Shown one piece after another: positions 10,161-18,530 of a DNA stretch of 64,000 nucleotides (position 1 is the stretch's first letter; every line of letters starts with the position of its first letter). The translations under genes and the position numbers were made by a program. The notes beneath the pieces were generated by a model. The model worked only from the letters and a program-made list of their open reading frames with translations. It searched no databases and was not told the origin of the DNA. Source of the stretch: Limisphaerales bacterium (GTDB lineage Bacteria > Verrucomicrobiota > Verrucomicrobiia > Limisphaerales > AAA164-E04); contig OZ251460.1 in the NCBI GenBank assembly GCA_965242585.1, positions 2,574,692 through 2,638,691 on the forward strand, in the 5' to 3' direction.

Positions 10161-11384
10161 ATGGCCCTCATCGTTCAAAAATACGGCGGCACCTCCGTCG
10201 CCAACGCCGAACGCATTAAAAACGTCGCCCGCCGCGTCGCCGAATGCCGCCGCCAAGGCGACCAAGTCATCGTCGTCGTCTCCGCCATGAGCGGCGTCAC
10301 CGACCGCCTCATCCGCCTCGCCAAAAGCGTCTGCGCTCCTCTGCAACAACCCCCGGAACGCGAAATGGACATGTTGCTCACCACCGGCGAACAAACCGCC
10401 ATCGCCCTCACCGCCATCGCCCTCCAAGCCTTAAACATCTCCGCCGTCTCTCTCACCGGCGCCCAAGCCGGCATCCAAACCGACGGCGTCCACACCAAAG
10501 CCCGAATCCAAAACATCACTCCCAAACAAGTCCACCAACTCCTCGACGCCGGCCACGTTGTCATCATCGCCGGCTTCCAAGGACAAACCCAAGACGGACG
10601 CCTCACCACGCTCGGACGCGGCGGCTCCGACCTCACCGCCATCGCCATCGCTGCCGCCGTCCGCGCCGACCTCTGCCAAATCTACACCGACGTCGACGGC
10701 GTCTACACCGCCGACCCCCGCATCCTCCCCCAAGCCAAAAAACTCCAAGAAATCTCCTACGACGAAATGCTTGAACTTTCCAGCGCAGGCGCCAAAGTCA
10801 TGCAAAGCCGATCCGTTGAATTCGCCAAGAAATTCCGAGTCCCCTTTGAAATCCGATCCAGCCTCAACCATAACCCCGGAACCATCGTGAAAGAAGAAAC
10901 CGCCAACATGGAACACGTCGTCGTCCGAGGCATCTCCCTCGACAAAAACCAAGCCAAAATTACCCTCCTCGGCGTCCCCGACCGACCCGGCGTCGCCGCC
11001 CAAATCTTCCAAGCCCTTCACCAATCCGCCGTCAACGTCGACATGATCGTCCAAAACGTCGGCCACGGACCCAAACCAACCACCGACCTCTCCTTCACCA
11101 TCGACCGCGCCGACCTACCCCAAACCCAAACCCTCATCCACTCCCTCGCCCCCAAAATCGGCTTTACCCAAGCCCTTCACCAAAAAGAAATCGGCAAACT
11201 CTCCATCGTCGGCGTCGGCATGAAAAGCCACTCCGGCATCGCCGCCAAACTCTTCCAAGCCCTCGCCGAGCAAAACGTCAACATCGACATGATCTCCACC
11301 AGCGAAATCAAACTCTCCGTCGTCGTTGCCCTCTCCCAAAGCGAAACCGCCCTTAGCGCCGCCCACAACGCCTTCCTCCGCTAA
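10161..11384 (+). CDS. lysC: Aspartate kinase (two C-terminal ACT domains)
   Basis: MALIVQKYGGTSVANAERI (KFGGTS-type motif), the amino-acid kinase core and tandem ACT domains. The start is set at ATG 10161. Confidence 0.9.
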   Translation: MALIVQKYGGTSVANAERIKNVARRVAECRRQGDQVIVVVSAMSGVTDRLIRLAKSVCAPLQQPPEREMDMLLTTGEQTAIALTAIALQALNISAVSLTGAQAGIQTDGVHTKARIQNITPKQVHQLLDAGHVVIIAGFQGQTQDGRLTTLGRGGSDLTAIAIAAAVRADLCQIYTDVDGVYTADPRILPQAKKLQEISYDEMLELSSAGAKVMQSRSVEFAKKFRVPFEIRSSLNHNPGTIVKEETANMEHVVVRGISLDKNQAKITLLGVPDRPGVAAQIFQALHQSAVNVDMIVQNVGHGPKPTTDLSFTIDRADLPQTQTLIHSLAPKIGFTQALHQKEIGKLSIVGVGMKSHSGIAAKLFQALAEQNVNIDMISTSEIKLSVVVALSQSETALSAAHNAFLR

Positions 11385-12112
11385 AACCCAAAACCCTACG
11401 GAAATTCTAACAAGAGCAAACACCCCGCGCCCGCAACTCCCTCAATGCCCGCGAAATCAAGGACTCCAGCCCCTCCTCGTTCTCCTTCTGCGCCGGAAGT
11501 TCCCAAGCCGATCGTCGGCTTCCAGAAGTTCCTTCCAAGATTCCCGTTCGATGCATTACTACCTCCAGAAACAATCAGGATTTTTGCCCGCCGCGGGGTC
11601 ATTCACAGCCGCTCACTTTTCAATCAGATCACTAAACCATCCAATCAAAAAACAAAAATCCCCAAAAAAGATTGGAAACTTTAGCCGTTTCGAATTCTCC
11701 GTTACCTACGGAATCTTTTTCAAACCCGTCGAAGTTTCCACGGCCGATTCGTGCGCCAGAATCTCCCTCAATGAGCTTTGTTCTCGATCGTTGCCGTGAT
11801 CATCGACTAAGTCTTTTGCTTTTCGACATCCTTACTTTTGCCCCTCCAAATATCGTATTGAACGTCAATATGGCGAAGTTGAAAATCGGAAACACGATTG
11901 AAAAGAAAAATCAGTCCGAATTGGAACTCGGAAATCATCCAAAGCATTAGCCGCAGTGGAATTTTGCGCTAGTTTTCCTTTTCGTAAGCCGGGTGGAATG
12001 GTCAACCCAAAACTCACCCAATCGGCCAGATTGATTCTCAAAAACAGCGCCAGAGAGAGAAATACCAGCAACAAGCCGAAAAAACCGTTCTTGACCAGCA
12101 ACCGCTGCCGGC

Positions 12113-12145
12113 AAAAAAAGCCGCTGAGACGAATCTCGACGGCTT
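12113..12145 (-). terminator. Rho-independent terminator of the 14524->12171 operon
   Basis: On the minus strand: AAGCCGTCGAGA-TTCG-TCTCAGCGGCTT followed by T7. It lies 26 nt past the stop of 12171..12905(-). Confidence 0.75.
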
Positions 12146-12170
12146 GACAAACTAAATGCGAAGAAAACAG

Positions 12171-12905
12171 CTATTCGACCTCTATTTCTTTGGCTAGAGC
12201 ATCTTTCAAAAGACGAAGTTCCTCATCAGAATACACCGTTGAGGCACTCATTCGCTCCCTCGTCTCTTGCATTTTCCACCTCGCAATGACCATCGACTCG
12301 GTGCTTTGCTTCAATGCAATCTTTCGCAAATCCGAAATCTCGCCTTTGCTTTTGGCTTCTTTCAGAGCTTTTGCGTATTCCTTTTCCACCGCATCTTCAA
12401 ACGCCTTCTTTTGCGTCGGATTTAAAGACGCCTTGAACTCGTTCTCTCTCTGGAAGTGCTCGGCGAGAATTTGCCTATCACTCGCATTTGCATGCTCCAT
12501 AATCCAAGCCTGATACTCTCGATCATTCATGGATTCCAGATTGACCGCCAGATCGTCTGATTGAGAATCAACGGAAGGTTTCGGGTCAATCGTCGTCGGA
12601 TCCTCTTCCGTTCGGATTCTAAACCTACGCACCGAAGATTCCAAAATGCCCAAACGCTTCTCAATTCCACGAATCTTTTCTGTTCGGATTTTTTCGGCTG
12701 ATTCCATCGTTGCCCGATACTGCGCCCGCATCTTGACATTTTCCTTAGCTTCCGCATTGGAACGCTGAAAAATGATAGTCCAAAAGATAGCGGAAAACAC
12801 CATTACGCCAAAAACGATCCAATACGTTACCGTCTTGTAGTTCACTTTCACTGCTTTTTCCTTTCTTTTTAAGTGGTTAATCTCGATGTAACGTAATCCC
12901 AGCAC
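12171..12905 (-). CDS. Hypothetical membrane-anchored coiled-coil protein
   Basis: 244 aa. One N-terminal TM helix (YWIVFGVMVFSAIFWTIIF), then a charged coiled-coil region and an acidic linker. It is the last gene before the terminator. Confidence 0.6.
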   Translation of the reverse strand: MLGLRYIEINHLKRKEKAVKVNYKTVTYWIVFGVMVFSAIFWTIIFQRSNAEAKENVKMRAQYRATMESAEKIRTEKIRGIEKRLGILESSVRRFRIRTEEDPTTIDPKPSVDSQSDDLAVNLESMNDREYQAWIMEHANASDRQILAEHFQRENEFKASLNPTQKKAFEDAVEKEYAKALKEAKSKGEISDLRKIALKQSTESMVIARWKMQETRERMSASTVYSDEELRLLKDALAKEIEVE

Positions 12906-13693
12906 TTTTGGTACTCAGCCTCAATGTCGGCAAGAATCCCCAATGTTGAAGAGCCGCAAACTCTTCTTGACGGTCGCATTTTGCGTTAATCAAATTGCTC
13001 CTGAGTTGGTGTTCCGTCCACGCTAATTCATCCTCTCTATCCGCATCCTCTTTCGCATCCTTCTTGACTTTTTCAAGTGTCGAGTAGATTGCGGCCAAAG
13101 CAACGGAATGCTTTGTAAGGCAAAGAGTCTGCGCCGTCCAAAAAGCGGGGCCGGTAAATGTTGCAATTGCCAATTCGCAGGCGACAAGCTGGGCTTGCGC
13201 TGCGGCAACGGCCAAAGCGGCTTTTTTTCGTCGCCGCATCCACTCTATCGGCATAAGTATGGCGATTTTGAGTCTGAATTGCGGTGTAGATTTCTCCAGA
13301 TCGTTCGAGCAAATTGAACCGACGATCCATGATTTTCTGCGTGGCTTTGCGGTAGCGTTCATCTTCTTCCCATTCCTGCTGGTCGCGAATGTCGTTGCAT
13401 TCTTGCCAAGTCGACGGAAGAGTCACGCAACACGGGAGGCGGCAATTCTCGGAAAGATGAAGAACATACGGATGTTCTTGCGCCCATGTCGGTGGCGCGT
13501 AATTGATTGTGATGGCCAAGACCGCCAACGAAACGATGACTCCGGCCAATCCGAGAGTCGTCGTCTGCTTTTCTATGTTTGTAGACTTCATAACTTTAGA
13601 TTTGTTTGTTTTGGCGACGCCCATCACAAGAACGCCAGCTGTTGAAAGAACAATCCACCAAAACTCTCGATTTGTCCAGGACTTTTTTTGCAA
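12877..13693 (-). pseudogene. Membrane protein gene split by a frameshift at an A7 run (two track ORFs, 13073..13693 and 12877..13362)
   Basis: The N-terminal part (2 TM helices, ...ERYRKATQKIMDRRFNLLERSGEIYTAIQTQNRHTYADRVDAATKK) is in one frame. The protein-like continuation (KKAALAVAAAQAQLVACELAIATFTGPAFW...) is in another. The two meet at T7 13222-13228. Confidence 0.45.
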
Positions 13694-13732
13694 AACTTAT
13701 TGAACCGTTATTGATAGGTTATTTACAATTGG

Positions 13733-14524
13733 TTACGTTCGCTTGGCGTGGCAGATGGAACAGCGAAAATGACGCGTATTTCTGGGGATTGGGTTGTGGC
13801 GAACAAAGATTCGGGAGCAGTAATCGCAGGTGTAAACGTAGTTTCCGGCGATGATTTCCGCCAGGCGGTCTTGGAGGTAAAAAGGCGGAATGCGAAACTC
13901 AAAGTTGGTTAACGAGAACGCAGTGTGCCGATGTTCGGCGCGCAGTTCTTCGGGATGGGTTGTGGCGACGAAAACATTGCGGGTGTATTCGGAATGCGCA
14001 ATGCGAACGGCGGGCAAAATATCGGCGTCTCCGGTGATAATGCAATGATAGTCGTTTGGCTGCGTGATGGCGAAGCGGATGAGCAGCGCGACGACCGTTG
14101 TGTCCACTTGCTTCTCGTGATAGGCGTTTTGCATCAACCCTTGCAGAATCCAGGGGCGAAGATCAGGCCGCAACACTGCCGAGCCGGAGTATCCCGCATT
14201 CATGGCCGCCTCCACAAACTGATTGCGGGCATGGACGACTCGGCGGAAGTGTTCCAAGTGCTTGGGGCGGATGTTGTTTTCCAAAGCCGGCCAATTGTCC
14301 AGATCCTCGGGCAAGGTAAAAATAGAGGTCGCTATGTAGCGGACGCCCAAACTCTTGCAAGCGCCGTCGTGTCCGCAAACGTGCCGCAAGAGAGATTGAT
14401 CCAAACGAGCAAAGTCCAACCGAACAGATGTATCCGGATGTTCGGTTTTGTCCGCCAGAACATGATCCGGGGCCGCCACCTTGAACAGCCACGAGCCGTC
14501 AATAAAGACATTGATTTTCGACAT
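13733..14524 (-). CDS. NYN-domain (LabA/PIN-like) nuclease with C-terminal zinc ribbon
   Basis: MSKINVFIDGSWLF, EKQVDTTVV and ITGDADILPAV are the acidic NYN motifs. The C-terminus YTCDYCSRIF...HFRCSICHAKRT is CxxC...CxxC. The start is set at ATG 14524. Confidence 0.75.
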   Translation of the reverse strand: MSKINVFIDGSWLFKVAAPDHVLADKTEHPDTSVRLDFARLDQSLLRHVCGHDGACKSLGVRYIATSIFTLPEDLDNWPALENNIRPKHLEHFRRVVHARNQFVEAAMNAGYSGSAVLRPDLRPWILQGLMQNAYHEKQVDTTVVALLIRFAITQPNDYHCIITGDADILPAVRIAHSEYTRNVFVATTHPEELRAEHRHTAFSLTNFEFRIPPFYLQDRLAEIIAGNYVYTCDYCSRIFVRHNPIPRNTRHFRCSICHAKRT

Positions 14525-14878
14525 AAGCGATAATTGCTCAACGCTTCGGCGCAATGGCCGGCAGGCATAATTCCTTACCTTGTCGGCACGAAAAAGCAAG
14601 GCGAAATTTTCAAACATCGATCCTCTTCCCGCTTTCTTTTGGTTGGCCTTTTGGCGGAATTTCTTTTCATTGGGCGCCGTTTTTACCTTTTTCTAACCCT
14701 CGACAACTTCGCGTCAAAGATCAACAATTGGAGACCCGGCATATGCAAAGAAAACAAGAGCGACGCTATCGGGAAGAGCGGAAGCGCAATCCCGCGTTCA
14801 AAGAGGGGAAACGCGAACGCCAAGCGCAAGGAACGCAGAAAATCTGGCCAAACTTAAGAACAAGCAGAAGCCGCTAAT

Positions 14879-15652
14879 TCAAAGTTCTAGGGTTTGTCGT
14901 CGTTTCTTCTTTTGTTGCTGGCGATGAAAGAAGACGAAACCCAGGGCAAAGAGGCCGAAGATGAGGGCGTATTCTTCGGGTTCGGGGATGACTTGGCTGT
15001 TGACGACAACCCGAATCGAGCCTTCAGAACTCGCCGTGAACACGGGGGATGAAGCGTTGGCACGGAAGGTTCCCGCAAAGAAGTCGCCGATGGGTTTGTT
15101 GATGATGCCGGAACCCACCCAAGAAAAAGATGCTCCGCTGATATAAGAGAGAGCGGCGCTCCCAGAAACGCGAATCCCCATGTCATCTGCACCGCCGCTA
15201 TCCTCATCCAGAAAAAGATGGGAAATAGTTCGGTTGACGGAGGGGATGGACGGCGTGTTGGTGGCAGTGGCGGCAAAGGTGATGTTGGTTCGGCCGCCGC
15301 CCGGAATTCTGGCTCTCACCGAAGCGATGTCTGTCGGATTGCTGGAACTGGAAAACAAGGGAGAAAGTTGAAAGTTGGTATCGCTGGGCTTGTTAGCGTC
15401 GAAAATGTTTCCGTTATTATCGGAGGTCGAGATTTGCCAAGAGTCTTGATCCGCGTAAGTATTAGAGCCTGAGCCTGTTCGGATGCTGTTGTTGGCAGTC
15501 GTAGTGGAGGAGCCGCTAAAAATCCAGATGGTTTGGTTGTTGTTGTCTTGGCTGGGATAGATGTGGAGGTACAACTGCGCGTTCGCTACCCCCCCCCCCC
15601 CCCCCCCGCAAAGGCAGACGACGGCCACTAAGAAAAATAATTTTCGGTTCAT
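14879..15652 (-). CDS. PEP-CTERM sorting-domain surface protein (cassette A) with a Gly6 stretch encoded by a poly-G tract
   Basis: Signal peptide MNRKLFFLVAVVCLCGGGGGGVANAQ. The C-terminus VIPEPEEYALIFGLFALGFVFFHRQQQKKKRR is a PEP-CTERM anchor. The start is set at ATG 15652, because the track's upstream extension is leader sequence. Confidence 0.8.
   Translation of the reverse strand: MNRKLFFLVAVVCLCGGGGGGVANAQLYLHIYPSQDNNNQTIWIFSGSSTTTANNSIRTGSGSNTYADQDSWQISTSDNNGNIFDANKPSDTNFQLSPLFSSSSNPTDIASVRARIPGGGRTNITFAATATNTPSIPSVNRTISHLFLDEDSGGADDMGIRVSGSAALSYISGASFSWVGSGIINKPIGDFFAGTFRANASSPVFTASSEGSIRVVVNSQVIPEPEEYALIFGLFALGFVFFHRQQQKKKRRQTLEL
15589..15607. repeat. Homopolymeric tract C19 (G19 on the coding strand)
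   Basis: Counted from the sequence and cross-checked against the track translation (six Gly codons plus the G of GTA). Confidence 0.85.
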
Positions 15653-16340
15653 AAATATCGGTAATTTAAAAAGTTCGCTTTGTTTATTATCCTCTCCAAA
15701 GAAAAGAGTCAAGCACCAAAAAGCAAAAAAAGGAAAAAAGTTCAAAAAAAAGTTCGTTGGAAAACGACAAAAACCGACAAAAAGAGCGAAAGAGAGCGCC
15801 ATCCCGCCTTGGCCGATGACGAAGTTCTGCTTGACCGGTTGCCGATCGCGGAGGAGGAATCCCGGGAAGGCGACAGCGGCGAGCCGCCAGCCATTGCCTT
15901 GGCCAAGAAAGCGCATCCTCCCACCTTCCCATTGCGGGAAGAAAGAAGAAAGTCTTGGTGGCAGGCGAGTGCTTTGGGGAGGACTCTGAATTCAGAAGGA
16001 CGCATTGAAGGAGACAGCAAAACAACGAAATCCGCCAACAAGCGCGCCCTCCATCCCGCCTTGTCGGTCGCGAAAAGGAAAGTTTTTGCGGTGGTTGGAG
16101 GTCAAGCGGTGAGTGGATTCGTTTGATGGAGGATGAGCGGTTGCCGCTCGTTGTGGCTGTGATTTCTTTCTTCAACAACCAAGCATTGAGCAGAATTCGC
16201 TTGGTGGATTAGCGGGCAAAAAGAGCTTGTGTCGGGAGTTGCTTGCCGGTTTGCGCATTCTCTGGCTTTTGGGTGCTGGAAGGAATTTTCTTTGGATCTG
16301 CCGGGTTGAGGCTTCTTTTGGATTGGCCCCATCGGATAAG
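15653..16340 (-). repeat. Leader copy A of the duplicated PEP-CTERM cassette (patchy homology to 53935..54612, inverted)
   Basis: By-eye alignment of the reverse complement. Shared blocks include TTATCCGATG.GG..AATCCAAAAGAAGC..CAACCC, GAATGCGCA.ACC, CTTGGTTGTTGAAGAAAGAAATCAC, CATCAAACGAATCCAC and CGGCCAAGGCGG...CGCTCTTTTT...TTTCCAAC.A..TTTTT...GCTTGAC. Confidence 0.7.
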
Positions 16341-16829
16341 CGCAAAGCATAGATGGTTGGTTTGATTGTGCCGCAAAGTCCTTCGCCGGAGCAGATGCAT
16401 AACTTTTGCGCAGGGATGGATGTCAGCGGACAATGCGAAATATTGGAACGAAGTATGCTTGTTTGCAGATGTTGACGGTGGAGGAAATCTTGGATGGCAA
16501 GCGTTTTGACACTTCCAGCGCGGCCGGCAAAACATCCATCGCCCCATCTTTTTCTTATGAGGCAAGGCGCCGCTCAAACGCAAAATCCCCTTTGCAAAAA
16601 AAATGCCGGAAACCTTTTTTGAGCGAAGTTCTATAACGACCGAAGAGGAAAACAAGCAAGATGAGTCGTCCGGGAAAAACGCGAGCAGGATTTTGCTTGG
16701 GTTTGACGGTTAGAGGGGGCAAGGCATTCTCCGCCGTTGTCCAATTGCTTAGTTGAATGCTCGCGTTGGCGGTTCTTGAAGAATTATACTCAGGTACCTT
16801 GTTTGGCGGTTGATTTTGAAGGGTAGATT

Positions 16830-17057
16830 ATGAGTGAGATTGCAATTCTGTTGTTATTAGGGTTGATCTTGATGATCGGGGTGCTTTTGGCGTTTCTTCC
16901 GGCTATGATTGCGTATTGGCGTTCTCATCAAAATCGCAAGGTAATTGGGTTAGGGTGCATTCTTTGCATTGTGCCTTTGTTTTTGATTTTTCCCTTTAAT
17001 TTGGCTTTTTGGGCCGCGCTGTTAATTTGGTCGTTTATGGATTTTCCTAATCGATGA
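16830..17057 (+). CDS. Small 2-3 TM membrane protein, superinfection-immunity (Imm)-like
   Basis: 75 aa. FLPAMIAYWRSHQNRKVI resembles the YFLPsiIA..Rkh.n motif of the Imm_superinfect family. The assignment is from memory only. Confidence 0.45.
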   Translation: MSEIAILLLLGLILMIGVLLAFLPAMIAYWRSHQNRKVIGLGCILCIVPLFLIFPFNLAFWAALLIWSFMDFPNR

Positions 17058-17144
17058 GTGTTTTTGAAATTGGGGCGATCAGGTGTGGACTTGATTGTCT
17101 GTGGTTGAGACGGTAGACGGCGGTTTGTTTTTTTTTTTTCAAAA

Positions 17145-17714
17145 GTGGAAACAAAGGCAAAGGTTGGATTCAGCGAGGCGGCGGGGCGCAGCGCGGGGTT
17201 GGTTCTGCTGATGTTTGGGATCGAGCTGGCGGACTCGTTGCTGGATGGGGATTTGGAGCGGTTTGGGATTCGTCCGTGGGAGTTTGTCGGTTTGTCCGGC
17301 GTTATTTTTGCCCCTTTGCTTCACGGAGATTGGACTCATTTAGCGGCCAACGGGCCGCCGCTGTTTGCGCTGTTGCTCATTCTCTTTTGGAATCCTCGCT
17401 ATTTACCGGGGCGCAGTTTGTTTTTGATTTGGGCGCTTGGAGGGTTGGGAACTTGGTTGATCGGGCGGGGCGACGCCGTTCACATCGGCGCCAGTTTGCT
17501 TGTCTTCGGTTTGATCAGTTATTTGATCGTGGCCGCGGTTTGGATGCGGTGTTGGCGGGCGCTGTTTTTTTCCATCGCCGTTTTTGTGTACTTCGTATTG
17601 TTCGGAGGGTTTTTCGGCGGCTTGTTTCCCGTGGAGCAGCGAGTGTCGTGGGAGGGACATTTGAGCGGCGCGGTGGCTGGTTTTTGGACGGCTTGGATCA
17701 ATCACAAACGGTAA
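17145..17714 (+). CDS. Rhomboid-family intramembrane serine protease
   Basis: 189 aa, polytopic. It has the catalytic-Ser context HIGASLLVFGLISY (GxSx) and the His context HLSGAVAGFW. GTG start. Confidence 0.8.
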   Translation: METKAKVGFSEAAGRSAGLVLLMFGIELADSLLDGDLERFGIRPWEFVGLSGVIFAPLLHGDWTHLAANGPPLFALLLILFWNPRYLPGRSLFLIWALGGLGTWLIGRGDAVHIGASLLVFGLISYLIVAAVWMRCWRALFFSIAVFVYFVLFGGFFGGLFPVEQRVSWEGHLSGAVAGFWTAWINHKR

Positions 17715-17730
17715 TTGCCAAGCCGCCGCC

Positions 17731-18417
17731 TTACGGCTTCCAGCGTAACTCCAAAGCGTTGGTTTGGCCGCGACTGGCGGCGAAGTCCCAATAAGCGTGA
17801 TTGGGAAAGCGGCGGGCGTGTCCGTCCAAAAACAGGAAGTTGGCTCCGTTGGAGTGAAGGTTGGTGTGAACGTTATTTTGCTCGGCCACCGCTGCCTTTT
17901 TTCCGTTGTCAAACAGCCAGACGAGCGAATGGGGCGACGGCAACGTGGACAGTTTAACGTGATTGCCCGAACCGCTCCCGTTGACCAGCCGATTTAGGCA
18001 GTAGTGGAAAAGGTTGATTCCGTTGCTCTTTCGCTTGTTGGCCGGACACAGCCAGACCGTTTTCGGGAGGGCAACGGCGGGATTGGTGCGCCAAGGCAGT
18101 TCGTAGTAGCGGGGAAGTCCGATCATGTCGGGAAGATTGACATACCAGCCAAACTGGGTTGCCCGCCCGTTTGGCGCGCCGTCTTGGGGAAGGGAGTCGT
18201 CGTTTTCCAAAGCGTAAAGTTGCGTAGCGATTCCCCATTGTTTCAAATGGCTCAGGCATTGCGCTTTTCTGGCCGCTCCCATTGCCTTGCTCAGCGCCGG
18301 CGAGAGCAGAGCGAACAACAGAGAAAGGATCGCCGCCACAACCAGAATTTCAATCAGGGTAACACCGCAGTGCTTGCGCGAGGCCAAAACGATCCCGCCG
18401 TTCCCGGAAAATCTCAT
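17731..18417 (-). CDS. Prepilin-type N-terminal cleavage/methylation domain protein, H-X9-DG family
   Basis: GVTLIEILVVAAILSLLFALLSPAL is the pilin-like N-terminus. The C-terminal HSNGANFLFLDG is the H-X9-DG motif. The family is typical of PVC bacteria. Confidence 0.85.
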   Translation of the reverse strand: MRFSGNGGIVLASRKHCGVTLIEILVVAAILSLLFALLSPALSKAMGAARKAQCLSHLKQWGIATQLYALENDDSLPQDGAPNGRATQFGWYVNLPDMIGLPRYYELPWRTNPAVALPKTVWLCPANKRKSNGINLFHYCLNRLVNGSGSGNHVKLSTLPSPHSLVWLFDNGKKAAVAEQNNVHTNLHSNGANFLFLDGHARRFPNHAYWDFAASRGQTNALELRWKP

Positions 18418-18530
18418 CCTTTCCTATTGGAGATTATTGAAAACTTTGTCAAGAAGTTGCCGCAGTGGCGCTAGGAAACCTTCCGTTCAATCCCTCGCCC
18501 TGTTCTCGTCAAAGATCCAAAAACGCCGCG

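Noticed and set aside
8200-11384. Track ORFs 8200..10128 (642 aa) and 9714..11384 (556 aa) as very long proteins overlapping hom and thrC
   Set aside because: Only the C-terminal parts are thrC and lysC. The N-terminal extensions are Arg/Pro/His-rich read-through of off-frames of the preceding genes. Canonical starts with homologous N-termini exist at 9043 and 10161.
14743-14877. 44-aa highly basic ORF (MQRKQERRYREERKRNPAFKEGKRERQA...) with a GGAGA 8 nt upstream
   Set aside because: It is attractive because of the RBS, and the sequence recalls basic repeats seen in phage HNH-associated proteins. However, it is short, low-complexity and unsupported by anything else. I keep it only as a possibility.
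15680-16655. ORFs in the cassette leaders (15687..16178, 16209..16655, 53609..54175, 53755..54333, 54245..54598)
   Set aside because: Homologous DNA blocks fall in different frames in the two copies, and indels break every frame. The conservation is therefore at nucleotide level, not protein level.
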